64,000 bases of DNA from an uncultured Parcubacteria group bacterium (GTDB lineage: Bacteria > Patescibacteriota > Minisyncoccia > UBA6257 > 2-01-FULL-56-20): positions 9,425 to 73,424 of the forward strand of contig CAJAQL010000006.1 in the NCBI GenBank assembly GCA_903944135.1. Direction: 5' to 3'. The position numbers were made by a program, and so were the translations under genes. Positions 10,345 to 20,350 of the stretch are shown here, piece after piece. The notes under the pieces were generated by a model. That model was not told the DNA's origin. It did no database searches and saw nothing but the letters and a program-made list of their open reading frames with translations. Every line of letters begins with the position of its first letter. Positions within the stretch are counted from its first letter, which is position 1.

Positions 10345-10926
10345 ATGGAAGTAGCGAGACCGGTATCACGGCAGCCATTGCCGGATGACGCAAAGAAAGT
10401 ATTTACGGGCGTGCTTTTTGATGTCTATCAATGGGAGGTGAAAGGCTATGATGGTTCGGTCAAGACTTTCGAAAAGATCAAACGGCCGGATTCGGCAATG
10501 GTTATCCCGATCACGGAAGACGAAAAGATAATTTTAGGACTGCAGGAACAGCCGAACAAGGAACCTTTCGTCGGTTTGATCGGTGGCCGCGTCGATGAGG
10601 GGGAGGATGTTCTTGCCGCCGCAAAGCGGGAATTTCTGGAAGAAACGGGATATAAATCGGAAGATTGGTCCTTATTCGACGCCGTCCAACCCGTCGGAAA
10701 GATAGAGTGGGCGGTTTATACGTTCATTGCCAAAGGATGCAAAAAAATTGCGGAGCAGAATTTAGATGGCGCCGAAAAGATAGAGCTCAAATTCGTCGAT
10801 TTTGACGAATTCATGAACATTGCCTCACGGGAAGAATTTACCGACCAGGAATTGAAGATCAGGATACTTGAGGCAAAAGCTGATCCTCGAAAGATGGCAG
10901 AGATCAAAAAACTTATCTTAGGATAA
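10345..10926 (+). CDS. NUDIX hydrolase (ADP-ribose pyrophosphatase-like)
   Basis: GGRVDEGEDVLAAAKREFLEETGY Nudix box. Confidence 0.85.
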   Translation: MEVARPVSRQPLPDDAKKVFTGVLFDVYQWEVKGYDGSVKTFEKIKRPDSAMVIPITEDEKIILGLQEQPNKEPFVGLIGGRVDEGEDVLAAAKREFLEETGYKSEDWSLFDAVQPVGKIEWAVYTFIAKGCKKIAEQNLDGAEKIELKFVDFDEFMNIASREEFTDQELKIRILEAKADPRKMAEIKKLILG

Positions 10927-10988
10927 AAAAGAGTTCGCGCCCCAATGTATCGATTTCTTATTTTTCTCAATTAAGGTAGCATAAAGGT

Positions 10989-11996
10989 ATGCTTATTGAT
11001 GATGTAACAGCAAGAATCGCGGCAGGCGATGGCGGCAAGGGCGCCGTGGCGTTCAATCGGAATATGATGGCGCTTGGACCGGTGGGCGGTTCCGGTGGGC
11101 GTGGCGGAAATGTTGTCGCTGTCGGTGTCTCCGATATGAGTGCGCTGAACCTGTTCCGCTTTAAAAAAGAGTTCAACGCAGAAAACGGCCGCGAAGGCCG
11201 GGGCCAGTTCCGTGACGGACATGATGGTGAAGATCTTATATTAAGACTTCCCGTGGGCACGGTAGCGCATAATCTCATAACCGGCGAGGACGCGAGCATT
11301 GAACACGTGGGTGAGCGGGTGATCCTCGCCAAGGGCGGGCTCGGCGGCCGGGGAAATTTCTACTTCCGTTCGGCGCACAACACGTCGCCTAAGAACTTCC
11401 AACCGGGACTTCCCGGTGAACAGTTCATGTTCCGCTTCGAATTGAAGCTCATTGCGGATGTTGGTTTTGTGGGGCTTCCGAACGCCGGGAAATCGAGCAT
11501 GCTGAACGAACTTACGAGTGCGCACAGCAAGGTTGCGAACTACCCCTTCACGACGCTCGAACCGAGTCTCGGTGTGTATTACGATCTTATCATTGCCGAC
11601 ATTCCGGGAATCATCGAGGGATCATCGGAAGGCAAGGGGCTTGGCGTTAAATTTTTGCGGCATATCGAGCGTACGCGCATCCTTTTCCATTTCATTGCGT
11701 CAGAATCGCAGGATCTCGAAAAAGATTATAAAACGATCCGCTACGAGCTCGGCGCACATAACCCTGAACTGCTCAAAAAGAAGGAATACTTGTTTCTTTC
11801 AAAGAGCGATCTCTTTGAAAAAAAAGAACTAAAGAAGAAAGTCGACATTTTGAAGAAGCTGAATCCGACTGCCTTTGCGGTATCGATCGCGGACGAAGCG
11901 AGCATGGAGAAGATCAAAAAGATATTGAACAAGATAGAGAAGGAAAAGACAACAAAGGCGGCGAAGGCGGTAAAAGCAAAAAAGACCGGGGTTTAA
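10989..11996 (+). CDS. obgE: GTPase Obg
   Basis: Gly-rich Obg domain, GLPNAGKS, YPFTTLEP, DIPG, FLRHIERT. Confidence 0.95.
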   Translation: MLIDDVTARIAAGDGGKGAVAFNRNMMALGPVGGSGGRGGNVVAVGVSDMSALNLFRFKKEFNAENGREGRGQFRDGHDGEDLILRLPVGTVAHNLITGEDASIEHVGERVILAKGGLGGRGNFYFRSAHNTSPKNFQPGLPGEQFMFRFELKLIADVGFVGLPNAGKSSMLNELTSAHSKVANYPFTTLEPSLGVYYDLIIADIPGIIEGSSEGKGLGVKFLRHIERTRILFHFIASESQDLEKDYKTIRYELGAHNPELLKKKEYLFLSKSDLFEKKELKKKVDILKKLNPTAFAVSIADEASMEKIKKILNKIEKEKTTKAAKAVKAKKTGV

Positions 11997-12092
11997 AATA
12001 CTGACATCGCGAATCAGAGCGAGACTGTTAAAAAATCATAAAATCGGCTATACTGCGGACGTATTTGCCCGAAAGGGCTTTTCTTTTGATCA

Positions 12093-13547
12093 ATGCCAAA
12101 CAACGACGTCATTTTAAGATTCAGCGGAGTTTCGTTCTCCTACGGGCGGAAAAAGATCCTCGATGAGGTCGGTTTTTCGGTGCGGCGCGGCATGAAGCTG
12201 ACGCTCATGGGACAGAACGGTGCGGGCAAAAGCACCATATTCCAGATGATCATGGGCGAGCTCCAGCCGGAAGAGGGTTCGATCATCATTGAAAAAGGAT
12301 TGAGCATTGCGATCGGAAAACAGGTCATCCCGCGTGATGAGCTCGAGATAACAGTATTGGAATTTTTCGAACGCGCGTTTCCGGGAAAAAAGATGTATGA
12401 CATCGAACCGCGCATCAAAAAAATATTGGAGGTCGTGCATCTTGCGGCGCCGCTTGAAAAGAAGCTTGGCCAGTTCTCGGGAGGCCAGCAGGCACGCTTG
12501 CTGTTGGCGCAGGCGCTCATCCAGGACCCTGACATCCTCCTGCTCGATGAACCGACCAATAATCTCGATAAGCAGGGCGTTGCGGCGCTCACGCAATTTC
12601 TGATCGATTACCAGAAGACCGTCGTCGTCATTTCCCATGACGCTGATTTCCTCAATGCGTTCACGAAAGGCGTGCTGTATCTCGATGTGTTCACGAAAAA
12701 GATAGAACAGTACGTGGGCGATTATCTGAAAGTGGTCGAGGACATCAAGGCGCGGCTCGAACGCGAACGCATGTTAAATGTCCGGCTCGCAAAGGAGATC
12801 CAGCACCGCAAGGACCAGGCGAATTTCTTCGCACAGAAAGGCGGCCACATGCGCGATGTCGCCATGAAGATGAATAAGAAGATATCCGAGCTCGAGGGCG
12901 ATGTCGTTGTGATGCGCCAGGAAGACCGGACGATCCGGAACTTCGTCATTCCGTGTCAGGAAGAGGTTGCGGGTCGTATTCTTTTGCTTACTTCCGTTTC
13001 GGTCGTGAAGGAGCATAAGCCAGTTTCAAAGAAAGTGAATATCATCTTGAAGCGGAAGGAAAAACTGCTGCTCGCCGGACCGAACGGCATCGGCAAAACG
13101 ACCCTGCTTAAAGCTTTAGCGTCTGGCAACGCCAAAGGAGAAGAGATCCAGCCCGGCATCCGCATCGGCTATTATCGCCAGGACTTTTCGACGCTCGATT
13201 TCGATAAAACGGTTTATGAGGAGCTTTCCGATGCTGCGCGCCAAGGGACGGAAGAAGAGATGCGTTCAACGGCTGCGGGATTTTTACTTGACGCGGAAAT
13301 CTTGAAGACAAAGATCGGATTACTCTCCGAGGGCCAGAAAGGACTTGTTGCTTTTGCGCGGCTTGTTCTTGAGCGCCCGGGATTGCTGCTTCTCGATGAG
13401 CCGACGAACCATATCAATTTCCGTCATATTCCCGTCATCGCAAAAGCGCTGGATCGCTATGACGGCGCGATGATCCTCGTGAGCCATGTTCCTGATTTCG
13501 TGAAACAGATCAAGATCACCCAAACGCTGGATCTGGAAGTGCTATAA
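12093..13547 (+). CDS. ABC-F family ATP-binding protein
   Basis: Two ABC domains (GQNGAGKS, GPNGIGKT; LLDEPTN twice), no TM segments. Confidence 0.9.
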   Translation: MPNNDVILRFSGVSFSYGRKKILDEVGFSVRRGMKLTLMGQNGAGKSTIFQMIMGELQPEEGSIIIEKGLSIAIGKQVIPRDELEITVLEFFERAFPGKKMYDIEPRIKKILEVVHLAAPLEKKLGQFSGGQQARLLLAQALIQDPDILLLDEPTNNLDKQGVAALTQFLIDYQKTVVVISHDADFLNAFTKGVLYLDVFTKKIEQYVGDYLKVVEDIKARLERERMLNVRLAKEIQHRKDQANFFAQKGGHMRDVAMKMNKKISELEGDVVVMRQEDRTIRNFVIPCQEEVAGRILLLTSVSVVKEHKPVSKKVNIILKRKEKLLLAGPNGIGKTTLLKALASGNAKGEEIQPGIRIGYYRQDFSTLDFDKTVYEELSDAARQGTEEEMRSTAAGFLLDAEILKTKIGLLSEGQKGLVAFARLVLERPGLLLLDEPTNHINFRHIPVIAKALDRYDGAMILVSHVPDFVKQIKITQTLDLEVL

Positions 13548-13564
13548 ATCAGAAAGTTCTTATT

Positions 13565-13705
13565 TGTCGTTCCCGCGCATGCGGGAACCCAGCTTTATTT
13601 TTTCCTTTCTGTCATCCTCGACTTGGTCGAGGATACCTGCTTCCTTTCTCTATAATTTGAATAAAGATTGGAAGCACGGATAGTCCCGCCTTCGGGACTA
13701 TGACA
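13565..13705. repeat. Cluster of TGTC-tagged palindromic repeats (REP/RPE/dRS3-like)
   Basis: TGTCGTTCCCGCGCATGCGGGAACCCA, TGTCATCCTCGACTTGGTCGAGGAT, and hairpin ending ATGACA. Confidence 0.7.
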
Positions 13706-13722
13706 GAGAAAAGGGAAGCTTT

Positions 13723-14487
13723 TTATCTTTTCTTTTTGAACAGGCTGAGCACGAAAAACGCGGCGGCGGTCACGACCACGGTCGCACCGGTGTCGAGATT
13801 ATAGTGCATGGCAATGAATGTGCCGATAAGCATCGAGAGTACGGAAACGATAACGGATGTCGTAAGAAACGTGCCGAGAGAATGAGTGAGTTGGCGTGAA
13901 ACGGCTGCCGGAATAATGATGAGCGATCCCACGAGCAGCGCCCCAAGGAAACGAAGATTGGCGAGGATCGCAAGACCGAAAAGCAGCAAATACCAAAGAT
14001 TTATCCTATCCACATTGATGCCGCTCGAAATTGCGAGCTCCGGCGAAAAAAGCGAAATAATGAGCTTGTTTCGCAAAAGCCATAATGCAACGATGATCAA
14101 AATGCTTGCTCCGGCACCAAAAGCGAATTCGGCGGGCGTGAGATTTTTGAAGCCACCGAAAAGCGCATCAACCAGCGCTTCGTCCGAATGAATGAGAAGC
14201 GCGCCAAGTGCGACCGAGCTCGCAAAGATGACCCCGATCGCGGCTTCGGCGGAAAGCTCGGTCTTTTTCTGCAATTGCCAGATAATAAGGATACCGAGAA
14301 AAAGCGTAAGTCCTCCGCCGACCAAGGGATCCCACGCGAAAAGCAGGGCAAGCCCGAGGCCGGGGATCGCGATATGCGACATCACGTCGCCCGCAAGGAT
14401 GGTCCGCTTCATCAGGGCGAATGCACCAACCAGCCCCGCAGCGGCTGCGGCAAGGATTGCAAGAATTATGGAATAAGAGGAAGCCAT
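13723..14487 (-). CDS. Zn/Mn ABC transporter permease (ZnuB-like)
   Basis: GD.MSH.A.PG, GALLV.SL.IIPA motifs; multiple TM helices. Confidence 0.85.
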   Translation of the reverse strand: MASSYSIILAILAAAAAGLVGAFALMKRTILAGDVMSHIAIPGLGLALLFAWDPLVGGGLTLFLGILIIWQLQKKTELSAEAAIGVIFASSVALGALLIHSDEALVDALFGGFKNLTPAEFAFGAGASILIIVALWLLRNKLIISLFSPELAISSGINVDRINLWYLLLFGLAILANLRFLGALLVGSLIIIPAAVSRQLTHSLGTFLTTSVIVSVLSMLIGTFIAMHYNLDTGATVVVTAAAFFVLSLFKKKR

Positions 14488-14518
14488 TGTTTAATATCTA
14501 AAAAGTATCTTTATCTTG

Positions 14519-15259
14519 TCATTGCTGAATGTCGTGATTTTTGGTGCGATGATCATCCGAATGAGAATCGTTGAAATAATGGAAGTACTTGTGCGGTCCA
14601 TAAAGCTTTTCGAGCGCTTCCGGCGTCAAGGCGATGTCGGGTTCTCCGAAACAAACGCCGGCCCGGTTCAGGCACAGCACCTTGGTGGCATATTGGTAGA
14701 CGAAGCTTAAATCGTGCGAAACCACGATGGTCGTAATGCCTTGTGCGTCCTGCAGGCGATGAATAAGATCATATATCTGCTCTTCGCCCGCAACGTCGAT
14801 ACTTGCGGTAGGTTCATCAAAAATAAGTACGCTCGGCTTACCGAGGAGCGCGAAGGCGATCAGCCCCCGCTGGAACTCGCCGCCGGAAAGATGACCTACG
14901 GAAGTCGTAATAATGTTGTTGTTCAGACCGACTATCTCGATAACTTCTTCTATGTCGGCCGCCGGTAATTTGAGGATGCTCGCTTTTGCGGCAAAAAGAT
15001 TCTTGAAATTAACGGGTAAGTGTCGATCGGCATCGATCTTCTGAGGAACATAGCCGATCCGTGTTTTTGGCGCCCATGTTATCGTGCCGCGATAGGGGAT
15101 CATGCCGAGAAGTGCACGAAGAAAAACGGTTTTGCCTGCACCGTTCGGTCCGATGACCGCAAGACTTTCTCCTGCACCAAGTTCCATGGAAACGTCTTCG
15201 AGAACGTTCTTGCCGTCAAAAGAAACTTCAATGTTTAAAACAGTGAGTGCTGGCTGCAT
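14519..15259 (-). CDS. Zn/Mn ABC transporter ATP-binding protein (ZnuC-like)
   Basis: GPNGAGKT, IGYVPQK, LSGGEFQR, DEPT, His-rich tail. Confidence 0.85.
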   Translation of the reverse strand: MQPALTVLNIEVSFDGKNVLEDVSMELGAGESLAVIGPNGAGKTVFLRALLGMIPYRGTITWAPKTRIGYVPQKIDADRHLPVNFKNLFAAKASILKLPAADIEEVIEIVGLNNNIITTSVGHLSGGEFQRGLIAFALLGKPSVLIFDEPTASIDVAGEEQIYDLIHRLQDAQGITTIVVSHDLSFVYQYATKVLCLNRAGVCFGEPDIALTPEALEKLYGPHKYFHYFNDSHSDDHRTKNHDIQQ

Positions 15260-15393
15260 AAGAAAAGTATAGCATGGATTTTATGAAGCTCCGAGCCAAG
15301 GGATCTGGGCGTTCATCTAAATGTCCCGATGAATAACGTAAAAAAGCGGCCGCCCGACGGATCGGACGGCCAAGGTTAATGGGGTGGTGGATG

Positions 15394-15750
15394 TTATCTC
15401 TTTTGAAAGAGCAGCCCGTCAAGGATCATTCGTGCCGCTTCGGAGAGACTGCACCGTTCCATCTCGGCGACAAACGCCACGACATCGCTTCCGGTGGTCG
15501 TACGTGTTGCGGCACACTGGGTTGAAAGACACCTCCATTTGAGAAGCCCATCCATGACAGGATCGACTTCCGCACGAAAAGACCTTCCTCCTGCCCGCTG
15601 ATGCCCCGGCAGGGGACAATGTCCATAAACGACATTTCCTCTCGTATTTTCGGTGAGCTGAACGCCATAATGTCGCATGGCATGCTCAAGATGAACAGCT
15701 TTCCGGGCCCGCAAAATCATGGACTCGGGGGTGGTCAAAGTACCCGCCAT
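15394..15750 (-). CDS. Stand-alone CHC2 (primase-type) zinc-finger protein
   Basis: CPLPGH...SF...WRC...C...GSDVVAFVAEME..S..EAA..I; GAGGTG SD. Confidence 0.65.
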   Translation of the reverse strand: MAGTLTTPESMILRARKAVHLEHAMRHYGVQLTENTRGNVVYGHCPLPGHQRAGGRSFRAEVDPVMDGLLKWRCLSTQCAATRTTTGSDVVAFVAEMERCSLSEAARMILDGLLFQKR

Positions 15751-15862
15751 ATCTCACCTCATGCAATGAACTGGATTTTAGCTCTTACGAGCCAGAGATA
15801 AAGCATATCAAAATTACAGAGAAAAACAAGAAAAATCCCGCATATCGCGGAAGATCCGAGAT

Positions 15863-16366
15863 CTATTTTATGCCAACTATGCGATAATTCGTTGAACCGT
15901 TTTTCGTTTTTATTGTCACGCTTTCTTCGGATTTTTTTCCGATGAGCGAGGCACCGAGCGGAGATTCCTGCGAGATGCGGCCGGTGTCGGGATTCGTTTC
16001 CTTTGGTCCAACGATTTCAAATCTCTTCTCACCATTTTTCGTTTCGAGCGTAACGATGGAACCGAGTTTGATGCCACCGTCCGCATCGGGTCCCGGCGTT
16101 ATCACGACGACACGCTTCAATTCATCTTCTATCTCCAGTATTTGCCAATTCGCCCTACGAAGCGCTCCTTTGGATGCCGTATATGCCGCGTTGTCCGAAC
16201 GATCGCCCTGAGCAGCCGCCTGTGCCGTATCGGCAATGAGGTTCGGCAGGGATCGCCTGATCCGTGCCAACTTTCCTTGGAGTCGCGCGAAACCCGCCTC
16301 GGTCAGATAAACGGGCCCGGTGTCGCGCTTTTTCAACTCGTCAGATTTGCGTCGAGGGATCTGCAT
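15863..16366 (-). CDS. GreA/GreB family transcription elongation factor
   Basis: LT..G..RL, GDRSDNAAY, G.IS.ESPLG.SLIGK. Confidence 0.9.
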   Translation of the reverse strand: MQIPRRKSDELKKRDTGPVYLTEAGFARLQGKLARIRRSLPNLIADTAQAAAQGDRSDNAAYTASKGALRRANWQILEIEDELKRVVVITPGPDADGGIKLGSIVTLETKNGEKRFEIVGPKETNPDTGRISQESPLGASLIGKKSEESVTIKTKNGSTNYRIVGIK

Positions 16367-16464
16367 GATACCGTTATTCTACATTTCCTTTTATTTTTTG
16401 AACACAGCTAAGGTTGCGCATGAACAGGTAATTTGATTTACTTACTATCAAGAAGAAGCAGATC

Positions 16465-17094
16465 ATGAAAAACAGCAACAGGAATGGGATCGAACTGATC
16501 TTAGGAACGATGCGTTGCGGGAAAACCGCGGAACTTCTGCGCCGCATTGCGGTTCAACGAAACTTCGCCCATCACGACGTTCTTGTCGTCAAACCTGCCG
16601 ATGACACGAAGAGCGGAACGGGAGTGATTACGAGCCGTTATGAAAAAGGCGAGCAGCAGATGCCGGCGATCGAGATCGATTCTCAGAACCCATGGGAGAT
16701 CTATGATATTCTCGAGAGGGAAGAGCAAAGACTTAATAAAAGAGTGGACGCGATCGCGATCGACGAGGGGCAGTTCGTGAAAGATCTTTTTCCGCTTGCC
16801 GGTTCCTTGCTTGAAAACGGTTACGACCTGCTCATTGCCGGACTCGACCTCGATTTCCGGGGTCTGCCGTTCGGCGACATGCTGAAATTGCAGTGGTTCA
16901 TCTCTGCGTACGGCGGCAGCGTCACCCAGTGCGTATCATACTGTCAATGTGGCGCACAGGCGTTCTTCTCTCAGCGGCTTGATGAGAATGGTGATCCCGC
17001 GCCATATGATAGTCCGATCATCATGCCGGGAGAATCGTATCGTCCACGCTGCCGGAAGTGTTTTGTGCTTCCCGGCCGGCCGCATCTCTGGTGA
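16465..17094 (+). CDS. tdk: Thymidine kinase
   Basis: GTMRCGKTAELL, IDEGQF, AGLDLDFRGLPF, C..CG and Y.PRCRKC. Confidence 0.9.
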   Translation: MKNSNRNGIELILGTMRCGKTAELLRRIAVQRNFAHHDVLVVKPADDTKSGTGVITSRYEKGEQQMPAIEIDSQNPWEIYDILEREEQRLNKRVDAIAIDEGQFVKDLFPLAGSLLENGYDLLIAGLDLDFRGLPFGDMLKLQWFISAYGGSVTQCVSYCQCGAQAFFSQRLDENGDPAPYDSPIIMPGESYRPRCRKCFVLPGRPHLW

Positions 17095-17107
17095 TCCGTC
17101 GCTCGCA

Positions 17108-17806
17108 TTACGCTGTATTTTTCTTTTTCACGAACGTTATCGCCTTCGTGAGCGTCTTTTCGAAATCATGATATCTGAGCCATGCTTTTTCGATCACGTT
17201 ACGAAGTTCTTCGTGTCCCGGGTAGCCGATATCCCGACTGAATCGCAAATCGTCGAATTCGACGTTCAGTAAAACCGTAAAAGATTCTTTGATATCCCAT
17301 ATTTGCTGTTCTGATAATCCCTGTTCCTCGCAGGTTTTCTGGTAATAAGTATGGAACATGAAATGCATCAATTCATGCATGGCGTTATCCGTTCCTCCTG
17401 CAAACGTATTTCTGAACATGTTTGCCGCAAAGATCCGAGCCGGTACGTTGTAGCCGAACCAGTCGTCGCAAGATAAAGCGCCGCGAATCGAGGAAAACGC
17501 AAATGGCCGATCGTGCACCCTCTCGATCCTTCGAATAAAATCCTTTTCCATCTTCGCCCATGCAATGTTCATATCTTTTGCAAGCACGTTCAACATCTTT
17601 TTTCTCGATGGGGAATAACGCCAGTCGATTTCTTTGGCGATAAAGCGCCTCTGTGCGGCAGGAGAAAGTTTCAGAAGTTTCTCATAACGCTCGCTTTGCC
17701 TTGCGGTGAATGGATGATTTTTGTTCTTATAGGTCCAAAGATTGATCAGATGATTTTCGATATCCAGATCTTTATCGACCACGAATCGAACGATTTGTTT
17801 CTGCAT
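17108..17806 (-). CDS. Hypothetical protein with HExxH zinc-metallopeptidase motif
   Basis: MHELMH plus downstream KES.TVLLN..F and GYP.H. Confidence 0.65.
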   Translation of the reverse strand: MQKQIVRFVVDKDLDIENHLINLWTYKNKNHPFTARQSERYEKLLKLSPAAQRRFIAKEIDWRYSPSRKKMLNVLAKDMNIAWAKMEKDFIRRIERVHDRPFAFSSIRGALSCDDWFGYNVPARIFAANMFRNTFAGGTDNAMHELMHFMFHTYYQKTCEEQGLSEQQIWDIKESFTVLLNVEFDDLRFSRDIGYPGHEELRNVIEKAWLRYHDFEKTLTKAITFVKKKNTA

Positions 17807-17916
17807 ATTTGAAATTATAGCTCTTTTTCGCCATTTTCGGTTCAACGATGGACGCGAAAATCAGGTAAAAAGAGGAAAACTTTCACAAAAATCTGATTTT
17901 CGGGTATGATAGCGGC

Positions 17917-18528
17917 ATGAGGAAAAGAATATGGATCGTGTTTGGCTGCGTCGTTGCCGCGGTAATTGTGGCGGCGGTGGTTTTGGATGTTAAGGCAAAA
18001 CGGTCCGTTCAGGAAAAAGTTGTTGTTCCGACGGGATGGCAAAGCTATAAGAACACGGATTATGGATTTTCACTTGCTTATCCGGCAAATTGGCAGATTT
18101 TTACGGGTTTGCTGAAAAATGATGTTCCGGAAGTGGTTTTTGGCGATCCGATCGAGGGAACGACCACTTACGCACTGGATGTGTTGATCAAAAACAATAC
18201 CAGCACGCTTTCTTCCGGGGAATACGTTGCGGATATGCTGTCAAAACTAGAAACGGAAAATCAGGCGAATGGAACAGATACGCCGTCAGCTTTTGTTCAA
18301 TTTGTAAATGCATCAGGATCGGACGTAACCGTGGCGGGGAATGACGGCTATGAGCTGAACGATGTTTTCGAGTTCGACCACAACGCGGAGCAGATCTATG
18401 TGGCGCACAACGACAAAACTCTTGTCTTTGATTTCCCTGTTGTCGATACGAATCCGAATATTTCTTCATCGACGGAAAACAATGCTATTGCACATGAGAT
18501 AGTGAATACACTGAGCTTCATGAGATAA
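17917..18528 (+). CDS. Membrane-anchored PsbP-like domain protein
   Basis: TM anchor; W.SY.N..YGFSL.YP.NW and I..TL.F termini. Confidence 0.7.
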   Translation: MRKRIWIVFGCVVAAVIVAAVVLDVKAKRSVQEKVVVPTGWQSYKNTDYGFSLAYPANWQIFTGLLKNDVPEVVFGDPIEGTTTYALDVLIKNNTSTLSSGEYVADMLSKLETENQANGTDTPSAFVQFVNASGSDVTVAGNDGYELNDVFEFDHNAEQIYVAHNDKTLVFDFPVVDTNPNISSSTENNAIAHEIVNTLSFMR

Positions 18529-18597
18529 AGCAGAGATTCAAAGCCTGAAATACAAAGGAAAATAGCTATTATCCTGGAATCATGCTATGCTATAAGC

Positions 18598-19017
18598 ATG
18601 ACCGCTTCAGAAAAAGTCAAGTCAACCCTCGATCAAAAGCTTAAAAAGGTTCGCGAAACACCGGCTGGTTTCCCATTTTTTGTTTCACTGCATGACTTTG
18701 TGAAATATATCGAATCCACGCCGTCATTTGCCATCTTTTTCAAAGGAACGAAAAGGGGAAGCCGGGCGTCAGAGATCTCTGTGAAATATGCCCTTATGAA
18801 GCAGATCTATCAAGGGATAGAAGATATTGATATCCGCACCAAGGAAGATCTTGGGCACGACCGCTATGTGGCGATCCGCGAATTGAGGTTGATCCGCGAC
18901 GAGGAAGTTTCCGAAAACAATGCATTCTGGAAGCATCGCGAATTTCTCCGCAAGATGGCAGGGGATATTCATAAGACGCTTCAAGACTACCTCGCCGAAT
19001 CAGAAGTTAAAAATTAA
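18598..19017 (+). CDS. Hypothetical protein
   Basis: Intact ORF with -10 box 6 nt before ATG; upstream of helicase. Confidence 0.7.
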   Translation: MTASEKVKSTLDQKLKKVRETPAGFPFFVSLHDFVKYIESTPSFAIFFKGTKRGSRASEISVKYALMKQIYQGIEDIDIRTKEDLGHDRYVAIRELRLIRDEEVSENNAFWKHREFLRKMAGDIHKTLQDYLAESEVKN

Positions 19018-19030
19018 ATCAAGCACGCAC

Positions 19031-20332
19031 ATGTCCGAAACAGGTTCAAGTTTTCGCGGTCTTGGCATCGCGCCGAGCATTCTTACCATTCTCGATAAGA
19101 TCCATTTTACGATACCGACGCCTATTCAGGAAAAATCCATCCCTCAGGCGATCGAAGGGAAGGATATGATCGGCATCGCAGAGACAGGCACCGGAAAAAC
19201 GCTCGCGTTCGGCGTTCCGCTTATCCAAAACATCCTGAAAGACCCTCGCCGTAAGGCGCTTGTGCTTCTTCCGACGCGCGAGCTTGCTGTACAAGCCGAC
19301 GAAATGCTGCGCAAGGTCGCCGTTCCGCTCGGTCTCAAGACCGCCGTATTGATCGGCGGCGAATCCATCCGAAAGCAATGGTACGCGCTTGATCGCAAAC
19401 CGCAGATCATTCTCGCAACGCCAGGGCGGCTCATTGATCATCTCGAACAGAAAACCGTGAGTTTGAAAGATGCGACGATCGTCGTTCTTGATGAAGCCGA
19501 TCGGATGCTCGATATGGGATTTGCGCCTCAGCTTCGGCGGATCCTCGAAGTTCTTCCCTCTGAGCGGCAAACCATGCTTTTTTCGGCGACCATGCCGCAA
19601 AGCATCGTTTCCATGGCGCGTGCTTTTCTCAAACTTCCTGTAAGCATTGAGATCGCCCATCCTGGTACGGCCGCGAAGGATGTGACCCAGGAATTGTTTT
19701 TCGTGACGCAACCGGAAAAATTACGCTTGCTCGAAAAAGTATTGCAGGAATATCGCGGCTCAGTTCTCATTTTTACGAGAACGAAGTTCGGCGCAAAAAA
19801 GATCGCGGTCCATCTCCGCTCGCTCGGACACGCGGCGGTCGAATTTCATTCCAACCGCTCACAGAACCAGCGTCAAGAGGCGCTTATGGGCTTCAAGAAC
19901 GGCAAGTATCGAGTTCTCGTCGCGACCGACATTGCGGCGCGAGGCATCGACGTAAAGAACATCGAACTGGTGTTGAATTATGATCTTCCTACCGTTACGG
20001 AAGATTATGTCCATCGCATCGGGCGTACCGGACGCGCAGGCCAGAGCGGCCACGCTATCTCATTTGCGCGGCCGGACGAAAGAAGAGACGTGCAATCCAT
20101 TGAACATTTGATGCGCATGACACTTCCTGTTTCAAAGCTGCCGGCACTTCCTCCTCCTTCGCCTCAAGATGCGCAATTGTTCGAACGCGAGCGAACGTTC
20201 CCGCCGCGCCGCTTCGGTCGCGGGCCACAGCAAGGACCGAATCGTCGCTTCGGATCCAGTAATAAGCCACAGAGTTCGGACCGTCGCCGCCCTTTTGAGC
20301 CGCATCGCCATTCCGGAGGACCACGGCGTTAG
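19031..20332 (+). CDS. DEAD-box RNA helicase (RhlE-like)
   Basis: Q motif, AETGTGKT, PTRELA, DEAD, SAT, ARGID, HRIGRTGR. Confidence 0.95.
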   Translation: MSETGSSFRGLGIAPSILTILDKIHFTIPTPIQEKSIPQAIEGKDMIGIAETGTGKTLAFGVPLIQNILKDPRRKALVLLPTRELAVQADEMLRKVAVPLGLKTAVLIGGESIRKQWYALDRKPQIILATPGRLIDHLEQKTVSLKDATIVVLDEADRMLDMGFAPQLRRILEVLPSERQTMLFSATMPQSIVSMARAFLKLPVSIEIAHPGTAAKDVTQELFFVTQPEKLRLLEKVLQEYRGSVLIFTRTKFGAKKIAVHLRSLGHAAVEFHSNRSQNQRQEALMGFKNGKYRVLVATDIAARGIDVKNIELVLNYDLPTVTEDYVHRIGRTGRAGQSGHAISFARPDERRDVQSIEHLMRMTLPVSKLPALPPPSPQDAQLFERERTFPPRRFGRGPQQGPNRRFGSSNKPQSSDRRRPFEPHRHSGGPRR

Positions 20333-20350
20333 AATCTGGATCAAACTGGG

